Shown in pieces: positions 1 to 8,247 of a DNA stretch of 18,399 nucleotides. Both the position numbers and the translations under genes were made by a program. The notes beneath the pieces are model-generated. The model was not told where the DNA came from and searched no databases. It worked only from the letters and a program-made list of their open reading frames with translations. Position 1 is the stretch's first letter. The number at the start of each line of letters is the position of its first letter. Origin of the DNA: an uncultured archaeon (GTDB lineage Archaea; Asgardarchaeota; Lokiarchaeia; Sigyniarchaeales; SOKP01); assembly GCA_964447495.1 (NCBI GenBank), contig CAYUTF010000065.1:1-18399 (forward strand), given 5' to 3'.

Positions 1-2
1 GA

Positions 3-203
3 AAAAAATTCAATTTAAAAGGACCTACTATTGAAAATAATGTATCAATTGGAGCAAATTCAGTAATTCTTCCTAATATTACGCTAAAAGAAAGGACTAT
101 TGTGGGTGCTGGTTCTGTTGTGACCAAAAATACGGAAAAGGATGATATTCTAATAGGAAATCCTGCTAAATTTCTAAAGAAAGTTCCTGAAGATTGGAAG
201 TAA
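3..203 (+). CDS. Hexapeptide-repeat (left-handed beta-helix) acyl/acetyltransferase, C-terminal part; truncated by the window edge
   Basis: Not in the ORF track. Manual translation of frame 3 gives KKFNLKGPTIENNVSIGANSVILPNITLKERTIVGAGSVVTKNTEKDDILIGNPAKFLKKVPEDWK*, with the IGANSVILP, VGAGSVVTK and GNPAK motifs of sugar N-/O-acetyltransferases. Confidence 0.9.
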   Translation, partial: KKFNLKGPTIENNVSIGANSVILPNITLKERTIVGAGSVVTKNTEKDDILIGNPAKFLKKVPEDWK

Positions 204-236
204 CATATAACTTAATTAAGTTTAGAGATATCTTCT

Positions 237-1337
237 ATGAGAGCAAAACGGAAAGTGTGGATTGATGTTGAAGAACCAAAGACAGGTATAATGTTTAAAT
301 CACTAATTAATAATTTTCAACATATAGATATTGAACTTCTAATTACAGCACGAGATTATGACGCTACATTTAACATTTTAGATGATTTTGATATCCATTA
401 TCATAAAGTAGGGCGCCATGGTGGAGAAAAATTAGAAGATAAGTTAATGGAATATATAAACCGATTAAATCAACTAGTTCCATTAGTCTCTAAATTTCAA
501 CCAGATTATTTTGTTACATTTTCGTCAGTGGAAGGGACGAGAATATCCTATGGATTAAATATTCCGTCAATAGGATATAATGACGAACCAAGAAACGTTC
601 ATGTGTGTAAGCTAATTTTTCCTTATTTAGATAACATTATTACTCCTAAATGTATTCCAATAGGAGATTACATTAAGCTTAATGCTACTCCTGAGAAATT
701 AATAAGATATAATGGTATCGATGAAATAGCATGGTTATCTGAATATATACCTAATCAAGATATACTTGAGAAATTTGATTTAGAAAAGGGAAAGTATGTG
801 ATTATGAGAAGTGAGCCATCATTTGCAAGTTATTTTATTGAAAAACTAAAAGCAGAAGAGACACTTATCAGTCAATTCCTTCCGGAGATATATCATAATT
901 TTCCAGATTATAAATATTTGCTACTTGTAAGAACTGAAAAACAAGAGATTTTTCTAAAGGAAAAATTAAAAGGATATATGAAGAATAAAAATATTATTAT
1001 TTCACGATATATGCCAAATATGGTGGATCTTTGCTTTTTTGCGAGTCTTGTGATAAGTGGAGGAGGAACTATTGTTCGAGAATCAAGCCTCCTCAATGTT
1101 CCAAGTATAGAATTTTTTCCAGGAGAAACTGCGCCTCAAGAAAGATTTCTAATGGAAAATGGTTTTCCATTGTATCATATTAAAAATTCAGAAAATATAA
1201 TTCAAAAATCTAAAGAAATATTATCAAAAGTGGTTGCACCTAGTAGATTTACTACTTCATTCAAGAAAAAAATTAACGAGTTTGAAAATCCTAATAAGTT
1301 GTGTTTTAAGATCGTAAAAGAAAATCTGTGGAAATAG
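237..1337 (+). CDS. DUF354-like GT-B-fold glycosyltransferase-related protein
   Basis: 366-aa ORF with KVWID..P at the N-terminus, ITARDY, VGRHGG, YNGIDE and ISGGGTIVRESSLLNVPSI, the pattern of the archaeal DUF354 family. It follows a sugar acyltransferase. Confidence 0.8.
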   Translation: MRAKRKVWIDVEEPKTGIMFKSLINNFQHIDIELLITARDYDATFNILDDFDIHYHKVGRHGGEKLEDKLMEYINRLNQLVPLVSKFQPDYFVTFSSVEGTRISYGLNIPSIGYNDEPRNVHVCKLIFPYLDNIITPKCIPIGDYIKLNATPEKLIRYNGIDEIAWLSEYIPNQDILEKFDLEKGKYVIMRSEPSFASYFIEKLKAEETLISQFLPEIYHNFPDYKYLLLVRTEKQEIFLKEKLKGYMKNKNIIISRYMPNMVDLCFFASLVISGGGTIVRESSLLNVPSIEFFPGETAPQERFLMENGFPLYHIKNSENIIQKSKEILSKVVAPSRFTTSFKKKINEFENPNKLCFKIVKENLWK

Positions 1338-1338
1338 A

Positions 1339-2448
1339 CTAATTAGATTTGAAATTCTTATATATAATTTCTAATCTATTAATTACTGCATCCCAACTAT
1401 ATTTAGCTATTAATTCTTTAGCATTTTTGACTAATTTAATTCTTAGGTCTTCATTAGAAAGAAGTTCTTTTAAAGATTCAGCTAACAACTCTGGATGTTG
1501 AGGAGCTACAAAAAGTGCATAATTTTTAAAGATTTCCTTATATACGTCTATTGAGGAGCAAATAATTGGTGTTCCACATGCTATAGCTTCAAGTGGAGTC
1601 AATCCAAATCCTTCTGAAGAGAAAGAATAGTTAATGAAAATATCTGCCATTGAATAATAATACGGCAACTCTTCTTCTGATACATAACCAACAAAATATA
1701 TATCTTGATAGTGTTTTTTCCATTTTTGATATTCTTTTTCCATTAAAAAATCAGGCTTTCCCCCTATAACTAATTTAATGTCGGGCAGGGTATTCTTCAC
1801 AATTTCATAAGCTTTGATGATATGATCAACTCCCTTATAGGGTGTTATACGCCCGATGTATAAAATAATTGGACCCTCAATACCTATTTTACTTTTTAAT
1901 TTTTGACCTTTTAAGGGATATGGTTTAAATCGTTCTTCAATTCCATTATAAATGGTAATGACTTTATTCATATCTATTTTAGGGATAAAAATCTTGAACT
2001 TTTTTCGAACAGAATTTGATACAGTAGTTAGAATAGTGGATTTTTTCGCAATGAATTTAATTAAATATTTCTCAAATGGAAGTTTAGTAAGTTTCGTTTC
2101 AAATGGTGTAAAATCATGGATTGTAGTAATGAATTGTTTCTTATTCGAAAGCAAAATGGGAATTGCTGCTTTTGCACTATTTGCATGTATAATATCAAAA
2201 TCATTCTTTCGGAGGAATTTTATAATCTTATAATTAAAATGCAATATCCATAGGAATCGTTTTCGAATTAATTCAAATTGAATAATATTTGGATGTTTTA
2301 GATCTATATTCCACTTACCTGAAATTAGAGTTACATCATAACCTTTTTTTTTCAAATAATCAAAATGAGAACGAATAACTTTGGCCTCTCCATCGGCGCT
2401 GTCAGGAGAGACAGTTAAAGAAATTAAACATATTTTTAGGTTTTTCAT
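1339..2448 (-). CDS. Glycosyltransferase family 4 (GT4)
   Basis: DIIHAN, TIHD, IYNGI, ILYIGRITPYKGVD and EGFGLTPLEAIACGTPII (the GT4 E-x7-E motif). Confidence 0.93.
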   Translation of the reverse strand: MKNLKICLISLTVSPDSADGEAKVIRSHFDYLKKKGYDVTLISGKWNIDLKHPNIIQFELIRKRFLWILHFNYKIIKFLRKNDFDIIHANSAKAAIPILLSNKKQFITTIHDFTPFETKLTKLPFEKYLIKFIAKKSTILTTVSNSVRKKFKIFIPKIDMNKVITIYNGIEERFKPYPLKGQKLKSKIGIEGPIILYIGRITPYKGVDHIIKAYEIVKNTLPDIKLVIGGKPDFLMEKEYQKWKKHYQDIYFVGYVSEEELPYYYSMADIFINYSFSSEGFGLTPLEAIACGTPIICSSIDVYKEIFKNYALFVAPQHPELLAESLKELLSNEDLRIKLVKNAKELIAKYSWDAVINRLEIIYKNFKSN

Positions 2449-2467
2449 TTTCGAGCAGCTATAATAT

Positions 2468-3448
2468 TTAAGTTAATTTTTCACATCCATCTTCAGTAAC
2501 TAATACAGTTTCTTCGGATTGTGAGACAAAAACTCCTTTTTCTTCTGCTAATACATAATGGGCTTTCAATTTATTAGTTCTAACAAGCTCCTCAAGACCA
2601 AACACCACGCCTATTTGAAATTCTTTCGTTAACCATCTTTCTGCAAAAGGTAAGGTTTTAAAATTCTTGTTAATGAATCCTAAAATTTGTTTAGAGGTTT
2701 TTCTTCTTAATGGGACTCTGCCAGTATAGGGATTTAATTCATATATATAGGAAGCATTTGTTGGGTGCACTGACCCCCTTCCAGTTGAAGCAAAGATTTC
2801 GATAGCTAACACGTCACCCTCTTCAATCACATCACCTCCTTGAGAGCCCAGCTCAGGTACTTGCTTTTTACCATGTACCTTCCATCTCTCGATTTGGTGT
2901 CCTCCTAGTTCTTTAATTGGATTATAATTAAATCCTTTAACTATAGTTTCAATTTTTTTGCCAATTTCACGTGTATTAACATCAGGCTTTACCATCATTT
3001 TAGCGGCCTCTACAGCTACTTCAGTAGATTGAATTATATTTTCAAGAGGTTTTTCATCAGAAAAGCTAACAGTGAAGGCGGTATCCACAATATATCCTTC
3101 AATATGAACTCCTAAATCAATTTTAATTATATCCCCTGAATTAATTATTAGATTATCATCTTTAAGAGGAGAAGTATAATGGGCAGCTATATTATTTATA
3201 CTAACATTGACAGGAAACGCACAACTTCCTCCTAATTCCTTAATCTTCGTTTCTGTTAACTCAACCAATTCAAATACATTTGATTCTTGCTTGATTTTAG
3301 GTTTTACATATTTTTTAACTTCTTGAGCAATTTTCCCCGCTTTTCTAAGTGATTCAATTTTTATCTTTTTTTCTGCTTCCTCTTTTTCTAATTCTTCTTT
3401 GCTCTTTTCCTTCTTTTCCTTAGAATTTAGATTTTTATTTTCATTCAT
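2468..3448 (-). CDS. map: Methionine aminopeptidase type II
   Basis: AFPVNVSINNIAAHYT, KIDLGVHIEGYIVDTAFT, GHQI...H, AIEIFASTGRG, the type-II helical insert (KNFKTLPFAERWL) and QSEETVLVTEDG. ATG at 3448 is preferred over the track's TTG at 3460. Confidence 0.95.
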   Translation of the reverse strand: MNENKNLNSKEKKEKSKEELEKEEAEKKIKIESLRKAGKIAQEVKKYVKPKIKQESNVFELVELTETKIKELGGSCAFPVNVSINNIAAHYTSPLKDDNLIINSGDIIKIDLGVHIEGYIVDTAFTVSFSDEKPLENIIQSTEVAVEAAKMMVKPDVNTREIGKKIETIVKGFNYNPIKELGGHQIERWKVHGKKQVPELGSQGGDVIEEGDVLAIEIFASTGRGSVHPTNASYIYELNPYTGRVPLRRKTSKQILGFINKNFKTLPFAERWLTKEFQIGVVFGLEELVRTNKLKAHYVLAEEKGVFVSQSEETVLVTEDGCEKLT

Positions 3449-3591
3449 CAAAATATGCAAATGTAAAAATTGATAAAAATATTTTTTAAATATTTAATAT
3501 CAAAGTTAATAGATAAATAAAAATAAATAAAGTAAAGATTAATTAATAAATAAATAAAGTTAAATAAATAGATCAATTAAGTTATTAATCT

Positions 3592-3609
3592 AATACTCAT
3601 TAGAGTATT
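3592..3609. promoter_or_regulatory. Inverted repeat AATACTC-N4-GAGTATT in the divergent map/roadblock intergenic region; possible operator
   Basis: Perfect 7-bp arms with a 4-nt spacer, ending 67 nt upstream of the roadblock start. Function is inferred only. Confidence 0.3.
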
Positions 3610-3676
3610 TCTATTATTGAATAAAAATTATTACAAGTTAATCAACCAATCCTAAAAAAAGTGGGGTTAATTAGAG

Positions 3677-4048
3677 TTGTCTGAAAATATTAGCGAGCTC
3701 ACTGATTTGCTGAGAAAATTATCCGCTGTAAATTCTGACATAGAAGGCTCCGCAATTGTAAGCGTTCAAGGACTTCCAATATGTTCTGTGTTAAGTAGAG
3801 ATGTAAATGATGGCATCGTTAGCGCAATGAGCGCAGCTATCCAGAGTGTTTCGGAGAGAGCAGTGGAAGAGCTCGACAGGGGCGACCTTAAGAGGATTCT
3901 AATTGAAGGTGTTAATGGTATCATAATCCTCTCAAAAGCGGGAGATAATGCGATTTTATGTACATTATGTAATGCTAATGCCAGTTTAGGGATGGTTTTC
4001 TTAAATATTCAAAGTGTTTCGAACCGAATTGCAGCACTACTAGATTAA
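3677..4048 (+). CDS. Roadblock/LC7 (MglB-like) domain protein
   Basis: 123 aa: DIEGSAIVSVQGLPI, VSAMSAA..SVSERAVEEL.RG.L..ILIEG..G.IIL...G..AIL..L.....SLG.VF, the classic roadblock pattern. TTG start. Confidence 0.95.
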   Translation: MSENISELTDLLRKLSAVNSDIEGSAIVSVQGLPICSVLSRDVNDGIVSAMSAAIQSVSERAVEELDRGDLKRILIEGVNGIIILSKAGDNAILCTLCNANASLGMVFLNIQSVSNRIAALLD

Positions 4049-4081
4049 CTATTTGATTTCCTTAATTTTTCATGTTTTCAT

Positions 4082-5437
4082 ATGCCTTATGATTATAATT
4101 TTGAAGAAGATTTTTATAAGAAATTATCTCGTTCACTAAGAGAGAAAGATTTTAGAGAATTTGGAAATCTTACAAAAAGCCAAAATTTAAAGAATGAACT
4201 TTTTAATCCTTTAAAAATAGAAGATAGATTTGAAATATTATCAACTCTATTAATGGATACAATAAGAGATGTAAGTGAGGGATATGAAACATCTGCCCTT
4301 GGAGATTTTATTGAAATATTACGTTTTTTTAATGATTATAATCTTATGGAAAGACAGTTAGAAGAAGAAGATTATATCTTATTAGAGGATTTTAAAAATG
4401 ATAAAATTTTTATTTCAAATTTATGCGACTTATTCGGAAAAATCTCAAACTCATTCATTTTTTATATAATCAAGGATATTCCCCACCATTTTTACAATTT
4501 ATTTATCAACAATCCTAATCCTTATTTTACTGATTCAGAGATCTTGATCTACTATATTAAAAATGTATTTTTCAATCAATATACCATATATGGTTTAAGT
4601 GTACGATATTTGGGACCCATTGAGAAGTTTTTAGGAGAATTAAGAAAAAAAATTGATGATTGTAATACCCAAAACATTCAAGAAGATTTCATCGAACTAG
4701 ATATTAAATATGAACTTCCCGAATTTTATAATAATTATGGTGTGCCACAAAAGCGAGTTATCATTAAAAGGCATTTAGTTTCCCCAAAAAATGTATTAGG
4801 TTATAATAATAGATTTTTTCAAGAGAAGAGATATAGAATGTATAGATTTTACAATCTTTCGATGGTTCTTTTGGGGGGATTAGGTCCTCAAGGGCAAGGA
4901 TTCAGTTATTCAACTCCGAGAGGTGAAGTCATTGAGATATGTTCAGATATTAAAGAAAATGAGGCAATAATAGTCAAATATAGGCTTTTCTTAAAGGAAC
5001 AGTTTATAACTAGATTAGAGAAAGAATTAATATATATAGATTCCCAATTAAAAAATAATATTATAAATTTCCTCAATAGGGTAATAACTCCAGAAGAGTT
5101 AATTGGATACAATAAAATTGATTTCTTATTGAATCAAATTAAGAATTTCTTAATTAATCTTGATGATTTAAGAGAGTTAAATAATTTTAACATTAATGAA
5201 TTAATTGATAAAATATCATCTGCGATCTCCATAATTCTTAGACCTATTAACATGGTTGACCAATTTAAAGCGAGGATGGATTTAGTTTCAAAAGAACAAT
5301 TAAAATCTGAAGATATAGCCAAATTAACTAGTCTTAAAAATAAATCTCATTATGATGTCTTAAGAGAAAGACTTTTTTTTCAATATATTGTTGATTTCTT
5401 TTACGAAATTTATAAAAAAAATAAAGGAATAAAATAA
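4082..5437 (+). CDS. Hypothetical soluble protein (451 aa)
   Basis: Long uninterrupted ORF in AT-rich DNA, mostly helical-looking, with one Gly-rich block (LLGGLGPQGQGFSYSTPRGEVIEICSD). No family recognised. Confidence 0.8.
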   Translation: MPYDYNFEEDFYKKLSRSLREKDFREFGNLTKSQNLKNELFNPLKIEDRFEILSTLLMDTIRDVSEGYETSALGDFIEILRFFNDYNLMERQLEEEDYILLEDFKNDKIFISNLCDLFGKISNSFIFYIIKDIPHHFYNLFINNPNPYFTDSEILIYYIKNVFFNQYTIYGLSVRYLGPIEKFLGELRKKIDDCNTQNIQEDFIELDIKYELPEFYNNYGVPQKRVIIKRHLVSPKNVLGYNNRFFQEKRYRMYRFYNLSMVLLGGLGPQGQGFSYSTPRGEVIEICSDIKENEAIIVKYRLFLKEQFITRLEKELIYIDSQLKNNIINFLNRVITPEELIGYNKIDFLLNQIKNFLINLDDLRELNNFNINELIDKISSAISIILRPINMVDQFKARMDLVSKEQLKSEDIAKLTSLKNKSHYDVLRERLFFQYIVDFFYEIYKKNKGIK

Positions 5438-5453
5438 AAAAAAATTAATTAAT

Positions 5454-5684
5454 TCAGTCTTTTAATCTTTTTTGAAAGAAAGGTTTGATAAGAACGGCAA
5501 ATGAGTAACCTAAGCCCCCACCAAGGGCTCCAAGGATTATGCCAATGATTAGAATTAGCATTAAAATTAACCAGCCAAAGCCGCTACCCAAAAATAAATT
5601 TCCAATTTGCTCAAGAATAACATAAGTATTCCTAGTTGCGAAGGCTGCAATGATATAAATCAACCATGAAAGGCTAACTTTCAT
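5454..5684 (-). CDS. Small membrane protein (76 aa) with glycine-zipper helix; possibly a gene remnant
   Basis: Fills the intergenic gap without overlap and is more GC-rich than its flanks. It has hydrophobic segments, IIGIILGALGGGLG and a basic C-terminus. An in-frame stop 7 codons upstream fixes the ATG. Confidence 0.55.
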   Translation of the reverse strand: MKVSLSWLIYIIAAFATRNTYVILEQIGNLFLGSGFGWLILMLILIIGIILGALGGGLGYSFAVLIKPFFQKRLKD

Positions 5685-5685
5685 A

Positions 5686-5705
5686 TAGTTTATATATATA
5701 AACTA
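5686..5705. repeat. Perfect 20-bp palindrome TAGTTTATATATATAAACTA
   Basis: The sequence equals its own reverse complement. It is separated by 1 nt from the ATG of the 76-aa ORF, in a divergent promoter region. Confidence 0.75.
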
Positions 5706-5807
5706 ATTATTTTTAAAAGGAAAAAAAAAGTAATTTTATAATATTGTTACACTACAAAATAATTATAAATACTTTGAGAAGAATATAATTACATAACTTA
5801 TTATTAA

Positions 5808-5813
5808 AGGTGA
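5808..5813 (+). promoter_or_regulatory. Shine-Dalgarno-like AGGTGA
   Basis: Matches part of the archaeal GGAGGTGA consensus, 9 nt before the TTG start at 5823. Confidence 0.6.
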
Positions 5814-5822
5814 ATAATAAAG

Positions 5823-6545
5823 TTGGAAATTATTGGTTGGCTGGATGGTATATCTGCTACAAGCGTATTAACCATAAATGTCATTATTGGGATATATTCG
5901 TTTTATAAGTCAAGGAAATTAAAAGCTAAGCTGCTTACAGTAACCTCTTTAACAATATTTTTTATTGGATTACTTTGGTTAGGTCCAACTACGGACTTTT
6001 TAAAAATCCTTATTACAGGAACAAATATTGAGTCTATATGGTTTTATTCAGTTAGTGTTCCGGTACTTTATCCAATTTTGAGTTATATGTGGGCTGCCGC
6101 TGGTATATTTTTTGGAATGTATATCGGAGGAGAACTGATTATGCCAAAGAAAAAATGGTATCTGTTAACTATCTTTCTTATAATCTGTGTTGCATATGAA
6201 TTTTTTCTTTTTATAAACCCACAAGGTTCATTTACATATAATCTTCCTTCTACTCCCGGTTCAGACTTAATAGACACATCTAGTAATTATGGCTATTACA
6301 CGGCTTACTTTTTAATCCTATTTATACTGTCTATCATTTTATTCAACGGTCTTGGTTTTCTAACTAAGGGTTTAAAAGCAACGGGAGTTTTAAGGAAAAA
6401 GTTTTTAGCCCTCTCATTTGGTTTCATTTTATTTGCAGTGATTGTGACTTTTGATGCATTAATACCTCCTGGCATTTTCTTATCAATTGTGAGATTTGGA
6501 ATAATAGTGAGCAGCATCTTGCTATATTTAGGAATTAGAACGTAA
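5823..6545 (+). CDS. Stand-alone seven-transmembrane protein (HisKA_7TM-like topology, no output domain)
   Basis: About seven hydrophobic segments, with Lys/Arg-rich loops (KSRKLKAK, PKKKW, LRKKF) on one side and a longer polar loop between TM4 and TM5. SD plus TTG start. Confidence 0.75.
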   Translation: MEIIGWLDGISATSVLTINVIIGIYSFYKSRKLKAKLLTVTSLTIFFIGLLWLGPTTDFLKILITGTNIESIWFYSVSVPVLYPILSYMWAAAGIFFGMYIGGELIMPKKKWYLLTIFLIICVAYEFFLFINPQGSFTYNLPSTPGSDLIDTSSNYGYYTAYFLILFILSIILFNGLGFLTKGLKATGVLRKKFLALSFGFILFAVIVTFDALIPPGIFLSIVRFGIIVSSILLYLGIRT

Positions 6546-6569
6546 AGAGTAATTTTAAAAAAAATCTAT

Positions 6570-6594
6570 ATTTTTTATTTTATATTTATTTTTT
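6570..6594 (+). terminator. Oligo-T tract, probable archaeal intrinsic terminator
   Basis: T-rich run (ttttttattttatatttattttt) starting about 25 nt after the 7TM stop, between convergent genes. Confidence 0.4.
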
Positions 6595-6769
6595 AAACGC
6601 AATCAAAGATAAGCTATAATCTGTTTTTAACACTTTATAATATAATTTATTTTATACTATTTTATTTAATTTAATAAATAATTAGTTAAGAAAAAAGTAA
6701 TCTATTCGAAATTTTAAGGACAATCTTGGAAAGATCTTTACTATTTAAGCATGATTCTATTAAACAATT

Positions 6770-8245
6770 TTAATGCCGAATTTCTTGAATGTAATCAAAA
6801 ATGATATCAACACGATTTTTAATGCTTCCAAATAACCCTTCTTCTTCTGAAACTACCGAGTTTATTGCGGTTTTTAATCCATAGTGACCTTCAGAGATCA
6901 AAACCCTTACCGGTAATGTTAGAATCTCACCCATTAGCATTAATAATTCTTGGATGATTCTAATAATTTTTGGAAAATTCTCTTCAGTTTTATCCATAAC
7001 TGACTGTTCAGAAGATATTAGCCCATCTTCACGTTCCCGTCTTAATTCTTCCCAAACATTTTCTTTTAATTCTGAAAAATTAATTCCTAAATTTTCTAAA
7101 GCTAATTGAGCACCTTCAAAGAAATAGTTAATATCATCTTTCCCATTAAATTTCTTTACATTCTCAACCATTTCTACTGGCGCTAACCCATCAAGAAAAC
7201 TAATGAGTAATTGATGATAGTCATTAATAACATCAATAGGGATAAATAATAAACTAAATTCTCTAACTTGTCGGAAAATATAACCAGCTACTTTGGAAAA
7301 AGTTTCATTTGTGAGTATCTTCTCAACAAAACCTCCATATTCATTAAAGAGATGTACAGCAAGAAACCCAATGATTCTGATCATATCATCTTCATAATTT
7401 TTAAAATAATCAAAAAAGTGCTCTGGTTCCATATTCAATTTATCTTGGATAATTTCCCGAACTTTATTCTTGATTCCCTCCAAGGGTTCATCTAGCAATT
7501 CTTCAATTTTATCTAAAGATAATACATCTTGCAGTTTATCTATTATATCCATTTTGGTTTCTTGGATAATTTCTTCTTCTAAACTTTCTTCAAATTTGAC
7601 ATCTGATTTTAACTTTTCTTTAAGCTTAATTTCGGAAAGTTTTTTCCATTCAATTGCATCATAGATTTTACATTTAAATTGAAGACATTCTTCCCCTCGT
7701 GCCATACATCTTTGTTCAATAATATTTATCCTATAATCATTTCTTTTTATCTTTAAAATAAAATTTGCCACACTTTCAAGCATACCAGTTAATCCAGATG
7801 CTAAACCCTCAACTTCCTCAGCTTTAACTTTTGCAAAATCAAAATTGTCAGCATTATCCAAACCATAACTCGCACAAACAGGACATGTCTTAATACGAAT
7901 AATATAATCACTATATTTTGTTCCTTCGTTAGGAATTTCTTCATATGTCAAATCCCCCTCAGCAATTTCTTTTCCAAACACAACAACCCATAGAAGCTCA
8001 AAATAATCTAGTACTTTTTTCGGATTGCCTGGCATGAACTTAAATACTGCTGAATGGCGCTCGCAAGATTCATAAGCGGCTCTTTTTCCAATTTCTTTAA
8101 GAATTAAAATGCTATCTTCTTCATTTTCAGTTATTTCATTTACTTCTTTTAAAATTTCCCTATAAAGGAGCGTGTAGAATAAAGAATTAGTACTTCGACC
8201 AAAGACCTTAGTGATTTTTTTCAATAACCATTGAACTGCTCCCAT
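6770..8245 (-). CDS. TRAPP Bet3-like/V4R-fold domain (aa ~18-195) fused to a ~290-aa acidic helical C-terminal region
   Basis: NSLFYTLLYREILKEVNEITENEEDSILILKEIG, LWVVVFGKE, CPVC, GLTGMLE and EQRCMARGEECLQF (V4R E..C.A.G...C.F motif). Confidence 0.75.
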   Translation of the reverse strand: MGAVQWLLKKITKVFGRSTNSLFYTLLYREILKEVNEITENEEDSILILKEIGKRAAYESCERHSAVFKFMPGNPKKVLDYFELLWVVVFGKEIAEGDLTYEEIPNEGTKYSDYIIRIKTCPVCASYGLDNADNFDFAKVKAEEVEGLASGLTGMLESVANFILKIKRNDYRINIIEQRCMARGEECLQFKCKIYDAIEWKKLSEIKLKEKLKSDVKFEESLEEEIIQETKMDIIDKLQDVLSLDKIEELLDEPLEGIKNKVREIIQDKLNMEPEHFFDYFKNYEDDMIRIIGFLAVHLFNEYGGFVEKILTNETFSKVAGYIFRQVREFSLLFIPIDVINDYHQLLISFLDGLAPVEMVENVKKFNGKDDINYFFEGAQLALENLGINFSELKENVWEELRREREDGLISSEQSVMDKTEENFPKIIRIIQELLMLMGEILTLPVRVLISEGHYGLKTAINSVVSEEEGLFGSIKNRVDIIFDYIQEIRH

Positions 8246-8247
8246 AC

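Noticed and set aside
3505-3575. CRISPR array or replication origin
   Set aside because: The repeats are short low-complexity units without unique spacers. No cas or orc1/cdc6 gene and no clear ORB repeats are present.
5823-6545. Possible rhodopsin
   Set aside because: No retinal-binding lysine in the last helix (no DxxxK or SxxxK motif) and no helix-3 RYxxW motif.
6546-6769. Hidden ncRNA, tRNA or small ORF in the longer intergenic gaps (also 8761-8952, 9310-9624, 11868-12000)
   Set aside because: Extremely AT-rich, with no GC-rich stems, cloverleaf, C/D-box pair or credible ORF seen by eye. A covariance-model search would be needed to exclude them fully.
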